DNA of 64,000 nt from a virus (taxonomy: Duplodnaviria; Caudoviricetes). Below, piece after piece: positions 1 to 9,127 of the stretch. The notes under the pieces are model-generated. The model was not told the DNA's origin. It made no database searches and worked only from the letters and a program-made list of their open reading frames with translations. Numbering within the stretch: the first letter of the stretch is position 1; the number at the start of each line of letters is the position of its first letter. The DNA lies in IMG/VR virus record IMGVR_UViG_2830161386_000001, positions 133,772 through 197,771 of that record. One strand, 5' to 3'. A program made the position numbers and the translations under genes.

Positions 1-430
1 CGGCGGCCCGGGCGTTTTTTGGCCGGTCGTCTACAAAGAGGCTCGCCCCGCACGCCCGGAGCGCCTCCTTCTTGGAGTTTCCGGGCCCGACGGTGTGGAC
101 CGGCGCCGGGGGAAATCCATGCTTTTGAAGCCAGTGTTTCGACACCGGAGAGCCGATCGGCCGGGAAGTCACGTAGGCGTTGACCGGCCCCTCTACATAG
201 GCGTCTTCGTAGGGCTCAAGGCCAAGCCACCAGGACGGGTCGTTCTCGATGGAGGTCCACACCATTTCAAACGCCGTGTCGTCAATCGGGGACCAGCTGT
301 CCCAGTGGGTCCAGTGCGGCAGGAGCTTCTCGCCGGGCACCCCCATCCGTCGGGCGGTGTCCAGCACCCCAGCCACGAAGTTTGCCAGCACGCCGTCGAT
401 GTCCAGGGTCGGTGGGCCGTCGGTGTCCAT
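1..430 (-). CDS. HAD-superfamily 5'(3')-deoxyribonucleotidase-like protein (runs off window edge)
   Basis: Not in the ORF track because it has no stop in the window. Manual translation from the ATG at 430 gives MDTDGPPTLDIDGVLANF...YVTSRP...SKKEAL...LFVDDRPKN, i.e. HAD motifs I-IV. Confidence 0.8.
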   Translation of the reverse strand, partial: MDTDGPPTLDIDGVLANFVAGVLDTARRMGVPGEKLLPHWTHWDSWSPIDDTAFEMVWTSIENDPSWWLGLEPYEDAYVEGPVNAYVTSRPIGSPVSKHWLQKHGFPPAPVHTVGPGNSKKEALRACGASLFVDDRPKNARAA

Positions 431-487
431 ACCTAGTTGTTTGGGCTATCAGGATGTATGGGGAATAAGGGTTTCGGGAAGGGTGGG

Positions 488-1645
488 CTAAGCGGCCATC
501 GGAAGATCCGCCTCCAGCTTCGGGTTCGGGTCGTATCCGGTCACCTCAATCTCGCTTGCCTCATGCTCAAAAATCGAAACCGCCTCGGGAACCTCAATTT
601 CAGGGGAGTGCTGCGGAAGAGGGCGCTCGCAGAGGTCTCGGGCCGCCTCCATATGGTTGTGGTACACGTGGCAGTCCCCGCCCTGAAACACCAGGTCCCC
701 GACCGCCATCCCGGCCTCCTCGGCCAGAAGATGCGCCAAAAGCCCGTAGCCAGCGATGTTGAACGGGAGCCCGAGAACGCTGTCCGTCGACCGCTGGGAC
801 CACACCAGATGCAGGCGGCGCTTTGGCACGTCCACCGCGTTTAGAAGCTCGACGGGGTCCTCCTGACGGATTTTCTTTCCGTTCTGGCGGGCCATCCGTA
901 CCCGCTCGTCTTCGGAAAGCGGTTCGGTCAAGACTTGAAACCCGGTGTGGCACGGCGGCGGCTCGGCCTTCTCGCTCTCCGGCGCGCCGGGCATGTGGTA
1001 GGCAGGCTTCCAGGCCTCGACTTTCAGGCGGCGAGAGTCTGGGTTCTCCTCCAGCTGCTGGAGCAGGTTATCGATCTGGTCGACCCCGCCTGCGTCCCGC
1101 CACCGGGCGCCGTAGATCTCTCCCATCTCGCCCCACATGCCCGCGAAGTTGCCCTCTGCCGGGCGGTCGCAGGCTTTAATAAGCCGCTCGAACTCCTCCT
1201 TCGAACCCGCGGCCCCGCCGCCGGGCGCCTCGCTGGTTGCCTTCCGGTAGTTTTTGTAGGCGTTGCCGGTCCAAATCCCAACGCTGTCTTGAAGCAGGTG
1301 CCAGATGTTGGTCCGCCCCCGCAGGAACCACATCATCTCTCGGAACGCCCCGAACGCCCAGATCGGGCGCAAACCGATCAGGGGAAAACCCTCCTCCAAG
1401 TCAAAGCGCAATTGCCGCCCGACCAGCTTTCGGGTGCCAACGCCGGTTCGGTCGCTTGCGTCGAACCCACCGTCGACGATTTTCCGGAGGTACGCCCGGT
1501 ATTTCCGGTCGGCCGCCGCGCTGTCAGGGCCGGGCGAGCGGTAGGTGGTGTCTCGAAGGGTGCTTGTTGAAGAGGCGGTCAGCGGGTGAGGTTCTCCCGC
1601 CTCGCCGTTTAGGTCTTCGTAGTAAGCGGTGTCGTCGTTAGGCAT
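488..1645 (-). CDS. thyA: Thymidylate synthase
   Basis: DRTGVGT, EMMWFLRG, GEIYGARWR, NPDSRR, PPCH, QRSTDSVLGLPFNIAGY and GDCHVYHNH motifs. Confidence 0.97.
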   Translation of the reverse strand: MPNDDTAYYEDLNGEAGEPHPLTASSTSTLRDTTYRSPGPDSAAADRKYRAYLRKIVDGGFDASDRTGVGTRKLVGRQLRFDLEEGFPLIGLRPIWAFGAFREMMWFLRGRTNIWHLLQDSVGIWTGNAYKNYRKATSEAPGGGAAGSKEEFERLIKACDRPAEGNFAGMWGEMGEIYGARWRDAGGVDQIDNLLQQLEENPDSRRLKVEAWKPAYHMPGAPESEKAEPPPCHTGFQVLTEPLSEDERVRMARQNGKKIRQEDPVELLNAVDVPKRRLHLVWSQRSTDSVLGLPFNIAGYGLLAHLLAEEAGMAVGDLVFQGGDCHVYHNHMEAARDLCERPLPQHSPEIEVPEAVSIFEHEASEIEVTGYDPNPKLEADLPMAA

Positions 1646-1657
1646 GTCGGCAAATCG

Positions 1658-2206
1658 CTAAGCAATGTAAAGAACAGAAGCAATGGCGGCGGCGACCGGG
1701 ACGTGCCAAAGCAGGCCGTGCCGGACGCCGTGCTCATATCGAGCGCGGTTCCACGGGAAGCTAAACTGGCCCCAAAGGGCAAGCCCCAAAACGCCGGCGG
1801 GCACCAGCGCCTTAAGGCCCGCGGTGTAGGCCAGCGCGGCCAAGATCACGGCCGACCAGTACCCGATGTGGTGGAAGCTGGACGTGTGGTCTAAGTTTTC
1901 GTAGTAGAACCACCAAAACGCAATCGCGGCCAGCGGGGCTTGCGCCGGGCCGCCCAGCGCCCGGTTGACCACAACTGCGGCCACCGAAGACATAAGCATC
2001 ATCATCCCCAGCTCGTCGAACCGGCGGGCCCGGACCGACTCGAAGCGGTGCCACATCCAAGAGCCGACGCAGGTCATCGCGCCGGCGGGCACCACGGCCC
2101 ACGTTTCCCAAAACCCCATTGGAACCAGGGCTAAAAACGCGAACGAGAGGTTTGTCCACTCGTCTACGGCGGGGAACCGGTACTCTACGTCTGCAAGCTG
2201 TGCCAT
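1658..2206 (-). CDS. Multi-pass membrane protein, CREST/alkaline ceramidase-like
   Basis: Several hydrophobic helices with GSWMWH (SxxxH), DELGM and HGLLWH motifs. Confidence 0.6.
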   Translation of the reverse strand: MAQLADVEYRFPAVDEWTNLSFAFLALVPMGFWETWAVVPAGAMTCVGSWMWHRFESVRARRFDELGMMMLMSSVAAVVVNRALGGPAQAPLAAIAFWWFYYENLDHTSSFHHIGYWSAVILAALAYTAGLKALVPAGVLGLALWGQFSFPWNRARYEHGVRHGLLWHVPVAAAIASVLYIA

Positions 2207-2261
2207 CGGTATTGGTTGGTTTGTTGAACGCTCTTGCGGGAGTGCGTCTTGGCGGCAGCTG

Positions 2262-2277
2262 AGTCCCAGCTGGGACT
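2262..2277. repeat. 16-bp palindrome AGTCCCAGCTGGGACT (first of about 15 dispersed copies)
   Basis: Exact or near copies start at 2262, 7024, 10014, 11496, 13940, 14689, 14962, 16757, 21357, 26664, 37391, 48653, 50717, 54650 and 59794; a degenerate copy lies near 16462. Confidence 0.92.
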
Positions 2278-2283
2278 GAGGCG

Positions 2284-2853
2284 CTACACGCCGGTGGACC
2301 CGAAGCCGCCCTCCCCTCGATCCGTGTCGGACGGGACCTCCTCGACCTCCTCGAATTGGGGGCGGATTACCGGACGGATTGCGGCTTGGGCGATGCGGTC
2401 CCCCGTTTCAACCGCAAACGGATCGCCGGATCGGTTTTCAAGAAGGACCTTCACCTCGCCTCGGTAGCCGGGGTCGACGGTTCCGGGACTGTTGGCGACG
2501 CTAATGCCACTTCGGGCCAGCCCACTTCGGGGGCGGATTTGCATCTCTAAGTTGGGGGGAAGGGCGATTTTCAGCCCAGTGGGGACAAGGGTGTTTTTCC
2601 CAGACGGAATGATAATCCCCTGCGCGCTCGGGTCGACGCCCTCAGCGTTTATGAAGGCCCGCAGGTCCAGCGCCGCGTCTAAGGCGTTTTCCTGCCGGGG
2701 CATGTCTACGTCCTCGTGCATGCGCTCGACGTGGACGGTCGGGCGCTCGGCCCCCCGAGGGGCGCCTTCAAATTCGATGTCAACGTCTGTAGGAGCGTCT
2801 TCACTGCCGCTATGTGGGGCGGCGGGAGAAGCGCTTGCGTTTGGCGTGCTCAT
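2284..2853 (-). CDS. dut: dUTP diphosphatase (trimeric type)
   Basis: AALDLRA, RPRSGLA, GTVDPGYRGEV, GDRIAQ and RGEGGFGSTG motifs; start placed at MSTPN. Confidence 0.95.
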   Translation of the reverse strand: MSTPNASASPAAPHSGSEDAPTDVDIEFEGAPRGAERPTVHVERMHEDVDMPRQENALDAALDLRAFINAEGVDPSAQGIIIPSGKNTLVPTGLKIALPPNLEMQIRPRSGLARSGISVANSPGTVDPGYRGEVKVLLENRSGDPFAVETGDRIAQAAIRPVIRPQFEEVEEVPSDTDRGEGGFGSTGV

Positions 2854-2900
2854 CGGTATCGATTCGGGTGGGTGGTGCGGAAGAAGAGTGGACATAGTTG

Positions 2901-3164
2901 CTACCGGCCTGGCGGATTTGACTCCGGGCGGGACGGAAACAGGTCTTTGGTGTTGGGGTCGCGGTTGTACTGGAAGGCTAGCTCCTCGTCGCCGGCCATC
3001 TCGCAGAGGTTCTCGTAGTCGCTTCGGCCGATGTGTTCGGCTTCCTCGTAGCCGCTGGCCTCCAGAAGGCGCTGGGCGCCAGAGCGGCTGTAACCGGTCT
3101 CCAGCGCAATCGCCCAAAACCGGGCGGCTTGCTGATCGGAAATCGTCGTGTCAAGATCACTCAT
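2901..3164 (-). CDS. Hypothetical protein
   Basis: Acidic ORF in the operon; start placed at MSDLDTT. Confidence 0.6.
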   Translation of the reverse strand: MSDLDTTISDQQAARFWAIALETGYSRSGAQRLLEASGYEEAEHIGRSDYENLCEMAGDEELAFQYNRDPNTKDLFPSRPESNPPGR

Positions 3165-3186
3165 AACAGGTAGAAGCTGTTGATGA

Positions 3187-3411
3187 CTAAGAGTCTTGAT
3201 TCGTGGAGTGAGACTCGATAACGTCGGTTGGATCAAGCTCTTGTTCAGCCGCTTCCAACCGCTGGACCGCCGACGCCGAAGCCCTCGCCTCATCCGCCCG
3301 GCCTCGGTAATACTCCCGAAGGGCGGCGGTGCTGGCCGCGTCCGCCCGCTCGTCGTAGCGGCGCGCTGCGGCTTCAAACTGGCGGCGAACGGCCCCGATG
3401 CTGTTGATCAT
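3187..3411 (-). CDS. Small helical hypothetical protein
   Basis: Codirectional ORF filling the gap downstream of the tRNA. Confidence 0.55.
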   Translation of the reverse strand: MINSIGAVRRQFEAAARRYDERADAASTAALREYYRGRADEARASASAVQRLEAAEQELDPTDVIESHSTNQDS

Positions 3412-3459
3412 AGGGGCGCTGTTTGCTCTGAAAAAGCCAAATGTAGAAAGAACAGTTCG

Positions 3460-3532
3460 TAGGCCCGGCAGGACTCGAACCTGCGACTTTCCGGTTAAAA
3501 GCCGGAAGCTCTGCCAACTGAGCTACGGACCT
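3460..3532 (-). tRNA. tRNA-Lys(UUU)
   Basis: Cloverleaf: acceptor AGGTCCG/CGGGCCT, D arm GCTC/GAGC, anticodon loop CTTTTAA, T loop TTCGAGT; CCA not encoded. Confidence 0.95.
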
Positions 3533-3555
3533 AACAGCCTGCGCCAAGCGGGGCG

Positions 3556-4050
3556 CTACCGGAGAAGCTCTCGCTGGTTAAAAACGCTCATAAAGTCGAG
3601 CACCCGCCCGTCTTGGCCGGTGATAACGGTGTAGTCGCTTCCGGTCAAGGGGTAGACGTGCACTAGGCTATCGGCCTCAGGGAGCACGTTGTCCGTCCGG
3701 ACCCCATCGGGGACCGATTTGGGGAAGCAGTGCACCAGAAGGTCGTATTCCTGCGACTTGCGGAGAAGACGGGCCTGCTGCCTCTCTTGTCCAGGGGCGT
3801 AGTGCTGGACCCACACCGACAGGGTATCGCCGGTAATCGGCTCCAGCCTGCGATTGACCTCGACAAGATCGACGCTGTTGCCGTACCCGGGGCGAAGCTG
3901 CCCGCGCACGAGCACCTGCGTCACCGTTCGGTCTGGATCCGCGTTCTTAAAAAAGCGGACGTTCCGTTTTTCCGAATCGTCTCCAGAAACGGCAATTCCG
4001 CAGGCCAAGACGACAGCACAAAAAAGAGCAGTAAGGTAGCGCATCGGCAT
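3556..4050 (-). CDS. Exported protein with signal peptide
   Basis: N-terminus MPMRYLTALFCAVVLACGIAVSG; start approximate. Confidence 0.6.
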   Translation of the reverse strand: MPMRYLTALFCAVVLACGIAVSGDDSEKRNVRFFKNADPDRTVTQVLVRGQLRPGYGNSVDLVEVNRRLEPITGDTLSVWVQHYAPGQERQQARLLRKSQEYDLLVHCFPKSVPDGVRTDNVLPEADSLVHVYPLTGSDYTVITGQDGRVLDFMSVFNQRELLR

Positions 4051-4104
4051 TGGGTGGCAAAAAAGAATGCCCAGCCATCCGGTTTGGCTGGGCAATCCGG
4101 CGAA

Positions 4105-4524
4105 CTACTCGCTTGCGGTTTGAACCTCTTCGGCAAGGTAGACCTGCACGTCGGCCGCCCGCTCGGGGCCGATGTACTGAATCTCCGTCAGGTCCTCTCG
4201 GCCAAGCAGGTCGTTTAGATGTTGCACCCCGCCAGCCTCAAGCCAGCCTCGATGCGGGATGTCCTCGGGCAGGTCCACTTGCAGCTCCGGCGCCTCGTCG
4301 GCAAAGGAGGCCGTTCCGAAAGAAGCTGTCTCATCTTCGCCTGTTTGCACACCGGCGGCGGGCTCGTCCCGGCTTCCGGGCGCAACGGAGCTGTTTTCTT
4401 CCTCAGGCGGAGCGAGCGTCGTCTCCGAGGAGCCGCTTTGATACTCGTTTGGCCAGATGTAGAGGGAAAGAAACGCAAGGGTGGCAATTGCGAGAACGAG
4501 AACCGAAAGGAAAAACGCAATCAT
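4105..4524 (-). CDS. Membrane-anchored protein with C-terminal helix-hairpin-helix
   Basis: N-terminal TM segment, acidic linker, then DLTEIQYIGPERA (HhH-like). Confidence 0.6.
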   Translation of the reverse strand: MIAFFLSVLVLAIATLAFLSLYIWPNEYQSGSSETTLAPPEEENSSVAPGSRDEPAAGVQTGEDETASFGTASFADEAPELQVDLPEDIPHRGWLEAGGVQHLNDLLGREDLTEIQYIGPERAADVQVYLAEEVQTASE

Positions 4525-4569
4525 AACGGCGCTTTGGTTTTGCGTGGCTTGTTCAAATGCAATTTAGCA

Positions 4570-4827
4570 TCAGGCCGGATTTTTCTTGTGGTCCTTACCG
4601 GCCCGCCGCTCCTCCTGTCGGATTTGCGGGAAAAACTGCTCGATGATGCCGGGTGCAAGGTGGCGCTTTCTGCACCCGTCACACAGGAGAAAAACCTTGT
4701 CTGGATTAACGCGGGCCTCAGCATGGTTTGCAGTTTCGGTGTGCGTTACGCAGAACGACCTGCCGCACTCGTCGCACATCCAGTGGCCCCTTCGCATACA
4801 GCCGTCTTGTGAGCATTGGCCAACCAT
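4570..4827 (-). CDS. Small Cys/His zinc-binding protein (triplet member 3)
   Basis: CxxxGC..CDxC..CxxH..LCxxC followed by APGIIEQFFPQI. Confidence 0.7.
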   Translation of the reverse strand: MVGQCSQDGCMRRGHWMCDECGRSFCVTHTETANHAEARVNPDKVFLLCDGCRKRHLAPGIIEQFFPQIRQEERRAGKDHKKNPA

Positions 4828-4839
4828 GGCTTGGGCGTT

Positions 4840-5064
4840 TCATTGAGCGATTTGTGGAAAGTGCTGCTCGATAATGCCGGGCGCCCGGCGTTTTCTTTTC
4901 TTTATGCACATGTCGCACAGGCCAATCGTGTTGTCCAATAAGTCGACAATGTCGATTTCATCGCCGTATTGAATATGCAAATCGCAGAAGACCTGGTGGC
5001 AGCGGTCGCATCGCCAGGCAGGCTTTGCCCAGCACCCTTCACGTCTGCAACGAGAATGTGTCAT
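4840..5064 (-). CDS. Small Cys/His zinc-binding protein (triplet member 2)
   Basis: Same Cys pattern followed by APGIIEQHFPQI. Confidence 0.7.
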   Translation of the reverse strand: MTHSRCRREGCWAKPAWRCDRCHQVFCDLHIQYGDEIDIVDLLDNTIGLCDMCIKKRKRRAPGIIEQHFPQIAQ

Positions 5065-5076
5065 GGCTTCGTGTTT

Positions 5077-5283
5077 TTATGTGACGTCTGGAAAATGCTG
5101 CTCGATGATGCCAAGAGCGGACTGCTCTTTCTCCTTGCACGTCCAGCACAAGAGCATGACCCGCTGAGGGTTTGCCCCCGACGCCGTGTGTTTAAGGCAG
5201 ACAAGTCCTCCGCACTTATCACAACACGCAACGCCGTTCTTTTGGCATCCTTCTCGTTTACATGGAGTCGGAGAATAAGACAT
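5077..5283 (-). CDS. Small Cys/His zinc-binding protein (triplet member 1)
   Basis: Same Cys pattern followed by ALGIIEQHFPDV. Confidence 0.7.
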   Translation of the reverse strand: MSYSPTPCKREGCQKNGVACCDKCGGLVCLKHTASGANPQRVMLLCWTCKEKEQSALGIIEQHFPDVT

Positions 5284-5570
5284 TATGTGGTGGCGCCGTT
5301 GAGCTTTTCTTCGAGACGCTTGGCCGCCTGCTCCAGCGAGCGGGCACGCTCTCGCTTCTCCTTGGCAAAGCCGGGCATCTGCTCCTCTTCGTATGCGCTC
5401 GCTTTAGCGCGGAGCTTACGCGCCAGAGAGAGCCGCTGGTCAATCGCCTGCCGGATGCCGCGAGCAAGGTCTCGGTTTATTCGCTTTACGTCCTGGCCCT
5501 TTCCGCGGGCGCTTTTAATGTCAAACCTTCCGCCCTTCCTCGAAGCCGTCGAAAACGTGGTTTGGTGCAT
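5283..5570 (-). CDS. Coiled-coil protein, paralog of 5669..5989
   Basis: Shares INRxL..LRxxAS..EEE..KR..RLxEKL with its neighbour. Confidence 0.6.
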   Translation of the reverse strand: MHQTTFSTASRKGGRFDIKSARGKGQDVKRINRDLARGIRQAIDQRLSLARKLRAKASAYEEEQMPGFAKEKRERARSLEQAAKRLEEKLNGATT

Positions 5571-5668
5571 CGGTGTAGAGTAATCGGTGTGCCGTTTACC
5601 GTGAGAAAAAAGAAACGGCCCGGGGCAGTCCCGGGCCGCCTTGTAGCTCGCGCTCTTCCTCGCTTGCC

Positions 5669-5989
5669 TTATTCGAGCTTCTCTTGAAGCCGGCTCGCCT
5701 TCTCCAGCGCTCTCTTCGACGCTCGTCGCTTTTGCGCGGCTACGTCGGTATAGCCCTCCTCTTCGGCCACCGACGCCTCTACGCGAAGCTCATCGGCCTC
5801 ACGCTCTTTTTCTTTGATTCGCTTTTGCAACGAACGGTTGATCTCAACGCCCCGGATCCCCATCGCGCCCTGGGACCGCCGAACTTCCGGGCCTCTTGGC
5901 CGCCAGGATCCACCGAGCATGCTTGTCTTTCTCGTTTTCGAGCGAAGAAGTCTCATGTCAAAAGCTGTAGGTCTAAGGTAAGAACACAA
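5669..5989 (-). CDS. Coiled-coil protein, paralog of 5283..5570 (start uncertain)
   Basis: Shared pattern; flanked by hairpin/U-tract terminators near 5610-5640 and 5990-6015. Confidence 0.55.
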   Translation of the reverse strand: MCSYLRPTAFDMRLLRSKTRKTSMLGGSWRPRGPEVRRSQGAMGIRGVEINRSLQKRIKEKEREADELRVEASVAEEEGYTDVAAQKRRASKRALEKASRLQEKLE

Positions 5990-6038
5990 AAAACGCGGCC
6001 CCGTCTTCGGGCCGCGCCTCTTTGTTCAAAATGAGCAG

Positions 6039-6470
6039 TTACGCCGGCTGAAGCTCCCGCTCCTCTTCCTCCTCTTCGGTGTCTGGGGTTCCCGTGCCGG
6101 GGTCTTCGTCTGGGTCTTCGGCGCCGGAGTCTTCTGTGCTGGGCTCTTCGACCCAGAGCTTCTTGTCGGGGACCTCTTCCTCAAGCCACTCCGCAATGGC
6201 CTCCCGGCTCATTCCGACCTGGTCGTTAAGGTGAATGATCGAGTCAGAAAGCGAAGAGGGGCAAGGCGCGCCTCCGACGCCGGATATGTCCCTGTCGTCA
6301 ATCCCGAGGACACATTCGCTTGCGTTTTGCTGGCTTGCCTCTTTCCCCTGCAACGCAACGGCGGCGGCCCCGATTGCGCAGGCCGAATTTCCCATTCTCT
6401 TGAAGTAATGACCGGTGCCAGGGTCGGTGACTTCCGCACCTTCTCGGATAAGGTTAGGCAGGTATGCCAT
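6039..6470 (-). CDS. Phage protein with ACAIGA...LND...R..IA motif
   Basis: Motif shared with 51175..51573; acidic tail; start placed at MAYLPN. Confidence 0.6.
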   Translation of the reverse strand: MAYLPNLIREGAEVTDPGTGHYFKRMGNSACAIGAAAVALQGKEASQQNASECVLGIDDRDISGVGGAPCPSSLSDSIIHLNDQVGMSREAIAEWLEEEVPDKKLWVEEPSTEDSGAEDPDEDPGTGTPDTEEEEEERELQPA

Positions 6471-6495
6471 AGTAGAAGAAAGGTTGGTCAAAATG

Positions 6496-6684
6496 TTAGC
6501 TTGAGTATTCGTCGTAGATGGAGGCGACCTTGCTTTTCAGGTCTTCGTACTTAAACGCGCCGGTCTGCTTCTCGGGCGCCGTAAACGAAAACTCCACCGA
6601 CACCTTCTGCTCGCCGAGGCCCTCCTCGACGGTGATGGTGCCGATTTCCTCGCCGAAGTCGTCTTCAATAGAGATCGTGTCCAT
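6496..6684 (-). CDS. Small acidic hypothetical protein
   Basis: ATG-initiated, acidic, tightly packed. Confidence 0.6.
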   Translation of the reverse strand: MDTISIEDDFGEEIGTITVEEGLGEQKVSVEFSFTAPEKQTGAFKYEDLKSKVASIYDEYSS

Positions 6685-6712
6685 AACTGGTCAGTAGGTT
6701 TTGAGTAGCCAT

Positions 6713-6988
6713 TTACGAAAATCGGTTTTCGTACCGCCCGGTTAGCTCCGCCAGAACGGCGACCTTCGTCCGCATCTCCATGCGGGCGTGCCGGGCCTCT
6801 TGCTTTGAGGCGTCGCTAGCCTTCCGGTACAAGTCGATGAGCGCCTTTTGCTTCGGCTTCAGCTCCCGGACGACCGCCCACGCCGCTTCCTTGGGGCTTG
6901 CCGTCGTGTTTTGGACCCGAGAGCGCATCGCCTCTACAAGGTCGTCGTAATTGACCCCTGGGACGGGGTCGGTCTTTACCGTTGCCAT
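6713..6988 (-). CDS. Hypothetical protein
   Basis: ATG-initiated codirectional ORF. Confidence 0.6.
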   Translation of the reverse strand: MATVKTDPVPGVNYDDLVEAMRSRVQNTTASPKEAAWAVVRELKPKQKALIDLYRKASDASKQEARHARMEMRTKVAVLAELTGRYENRFS

Positions 6989-7042
6989 ATCGGTGTGGGG
7001 CTCCTGTGAGAAAACTTGTGACCAGTCCCAGCTGGGACTAAG

Positions 7043-7540
7043 CTAAATGCCGCTTGACGTCAGGTTCTCCGTCTCCTGAGCCTGCTCCTGCACAGTCGTG
7101 GGCGTGAGGTTAAACACCGCGCCGCCAAATTTGACGCGAATGCGGCTCGCCTCCGCCACGGCCGCTAGGTCCGAGGCGTTTATCGCGATGCCGTGCACCT
7201 CCCGCACGCCGGGGCCGTCCGCTTCGGTGCGGATTTCGTAGAGGTCCCACTCGTAGCGCTCCCCGTCGATTAGGGCGTAGGCGGTGTCGGTATTGAGGAA
7301 GTTCCAGCTCTCGGACTTCGTGCCAAACGCCAGGATGTAAACGTCATTGGCCGTCAGCACCGCAACGCGGGCCCAGTCCAGGTAGTGCTGCGGGTGCTCC
7401 TCGACCGGCAGCCGGTCGTACTCGCATTGGATGCTGGTCTCGCCGGTAAACTCGTCGGTCTCCGCCTCACAGAGGTCTTGGCCCGAGGCCGGGGCGGTGA
7501 GAAAGAGCGCGAAAAGCGCGGCTGTGATCGTTCGAAGCAT
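7043..7540 (-). CDS. Secreted protein
   Basis: Signal peptide MLRTITAALFALFLTAPASG-Q. Confidence 0.7.
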   Translation of the reverse strand: MLRTITAALFALFLTAPASGQDLCEAETDEFTGETSIQCEYDRLPVEEHPQHYLDWARVAVLTANDVYILAFGTKSESWNFLNTDTAYALIDGERYEWDLYEIRTEADGPGVREVHGIAINASDLAAVAEASRIRVKFGGAVFNLTPTTVQEQAQETENLTSSGI

Positions 7541-7591
7541 GTCTGCCAGTTAAGAACGGTTGGTCAAAATGGTTTTGAAAGCGGTCGTCCG

Positions 7592-7894
7592 TTACTCAAG
7601 AACGGCGATGCGGCGGCCGCCGATTTCGTAGGTCGGCACTTTTCCTTCCTGCTCGTACCGTTTTGTCTCCGGGTCGTAACTGCCCTCTTCGTAGAAGACC
7701 TCGCCCTCCGGCTCTTGCGACTCGATGGCGTCGGAAAGCGCCTCTTCCGCCTTTGCGCCGAGCACGTAGTCGATCTGAGCCGCGAAGTCCTCGGCCGTCT
7801 CCTCGAAGTTTCCGATTCGCTCGTTGTACCGCTGGGCAGCCCGGCGGCTAAAGTCAACGTCTTTCAAGATTTCCTTTGTGCGGTCCAGTCCCAT
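7592..7894 (-). CDS. Acidic hypothetical protein
   Basis: Acidic composition matching neighbouring genes. Confidence 0.65.
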   Translation of the reverse strand: MGLDRTKEILKDVDFSRRAAQRYNERIGNFEETAEDFAAQIDYVLGAKAEEALSDAIESQEPEGEVFYEEGSYDPETKRYEQEGKVPTYEIGGRRIAVLE

Positions 7895-7964
7895 AGTGCT
7901 TTGAAGGTGTCTTTAATGAGAGGAGGGGGCTCTCGCCCCTGCGAATAGTTTACGCAAGTGGGGC

Positions 7965-8567
7965 CTATTGCTTGACGCCCACCGGGTTGTTCTCGTAGAT
8001 GCCCTTCGCCGCAATCGTCGCGTCTCGGGGCGTGTCGTGCAGCTCCGTTTCCACCTCCCGCTTATCGTTTCCTGGATGAAGCACCCCGTAGAATTTAGTC
8101 GGGTCGTTTCGGCTAATAAAGACTTTGTAGTCGACCTGACTCCCAATCCGGCCGAACGTCCCGATCCGAACTCCGCCCCGGCCCATCGTATCGTCTTCTG
8201 CGGCCCGCACCTCCGGCAGCACCTCATCGGTTACGTTCGTCCAGCCCTCCGACCGATCTGCCTCGCCGTAGAGGCCGCTTTCTGCGTAGTCCCCGACCGT
8301 CCGGATGCGGTCTCCGCTCCACCGGCCGAAGTTCGGCCACGTAATCTTACACATCCGGCCGTACTCGTCCCAATCTACCTCGCCGTCATCGTCTTTGAAG
8401 GCGCTGTAATTGGCCGTCGGGGTGCCCCCACCGTCGTACGGCGCGTCGGCAGTGAGGTACGCCAGCGCCCCAGCAGCGGGATTGTTCATGATCTCCCACA
8501 TCTTGTGCATCAAGGGCTCGACGAACTCTTGCTTGTCTTCGCTAATCAGCTTATAGTACTGTCCCAT
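7965..8567 (-). CDS. Phage hypothetical protein (MGQYY...GRWSGDRI type)
   Basis: ATG after an AT-rich leader; acidic. Confidence 0.7.
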   Translation of the reverse strand: MGQYYKLISEDKQEFVEPLMHKMWEIMNNPAAGALAYLTADAPYDGGGTPTANYSAFKDDDGEVDWDEYGRMCKITWPNFGRWSGDRIRTVGDYAESGLYGEADRSEGWTNVTDEVLPEVRAAEDDTMGRGGVRIGTFGRIGSQVDYKVFISRNDPTKFYGVLHPGNDKREVETELHDTPRDATIAAKGIYENNPVGVKQ

Positions 8568-8618
8568 AAAGGGTAAAAGGTTGTACTTGGAAAAATAAAG
8601 GGTGGGAAAGCGCCTGCT

Positions 8619-9092
8619 CTACGCGGCAAACTCGCTGATCTCGTAGAGGTGCTCCCTCGGCTTCAACCTGTAGGTTGGGCGGACCGACGCAATGCGGGCC
8701 GCTTGCCGCTCGCACTCGCGCTTTAGGTTTCCGGACTTGATGCCCGGAAGCTCGCTTTCGATGTGGTCCTTGCTATTCCCGTACATCATCCGGGCCAGGG
8801 CTCGGGCAACGGCGTCTCTTGGGCCCTCCGCCCCAATCGAAAACTGAAACGGGGTGAAGTTCTGTGTATCGGTATAGACGCCGATCACGGTCCACTCCGG
8901 CCGCTGCTCCTGCCCCACCTCCTCGACGGACACGATGTGCTCGACGCGGCCATGGGTATCTTCACCGAACCGCACGGGCGTGCCGTCGGCGTAGTTGGCC
9001 TTATCAGCGGCCGCTTCCCTGCTGTCGGCCTCGACGCAAAACGTGACATGTTTTGGGCCGTCAATTGCGGCACTGACTAGGTAATAGCTCAT
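8619..9092 (-). CDS. Hypothetical protein
   Basis: Codirectional ORF with AT-rich leader. Confidence 0.65.
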   Translation of the reverse strand: MSYYLVSAAIDGPKHVTFCVEADSREAAADKANYADGTPVRFGEDTHGRVEHIVSVEEVGQEQRPEWTVIGVYTDTQNFTPFQFSIGAEGPRDAVARALARMMYGNSKDHIESELPGIKSGNLKRECERQAARIASVRPTYRLKPREHLYEISEFAA

Positions 9093-9127
9093 TATTTAGC
9101 GGAATCTATTCGTAGAAGAATAAAGAG

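Noticed and set aside
95-491. Plus-strand ORFs and an apparent terminator at the window start
   Set aside because: The minus strand encodes a HAD-family protein through this region; the T-run is Pro-Lys-Asn codons.
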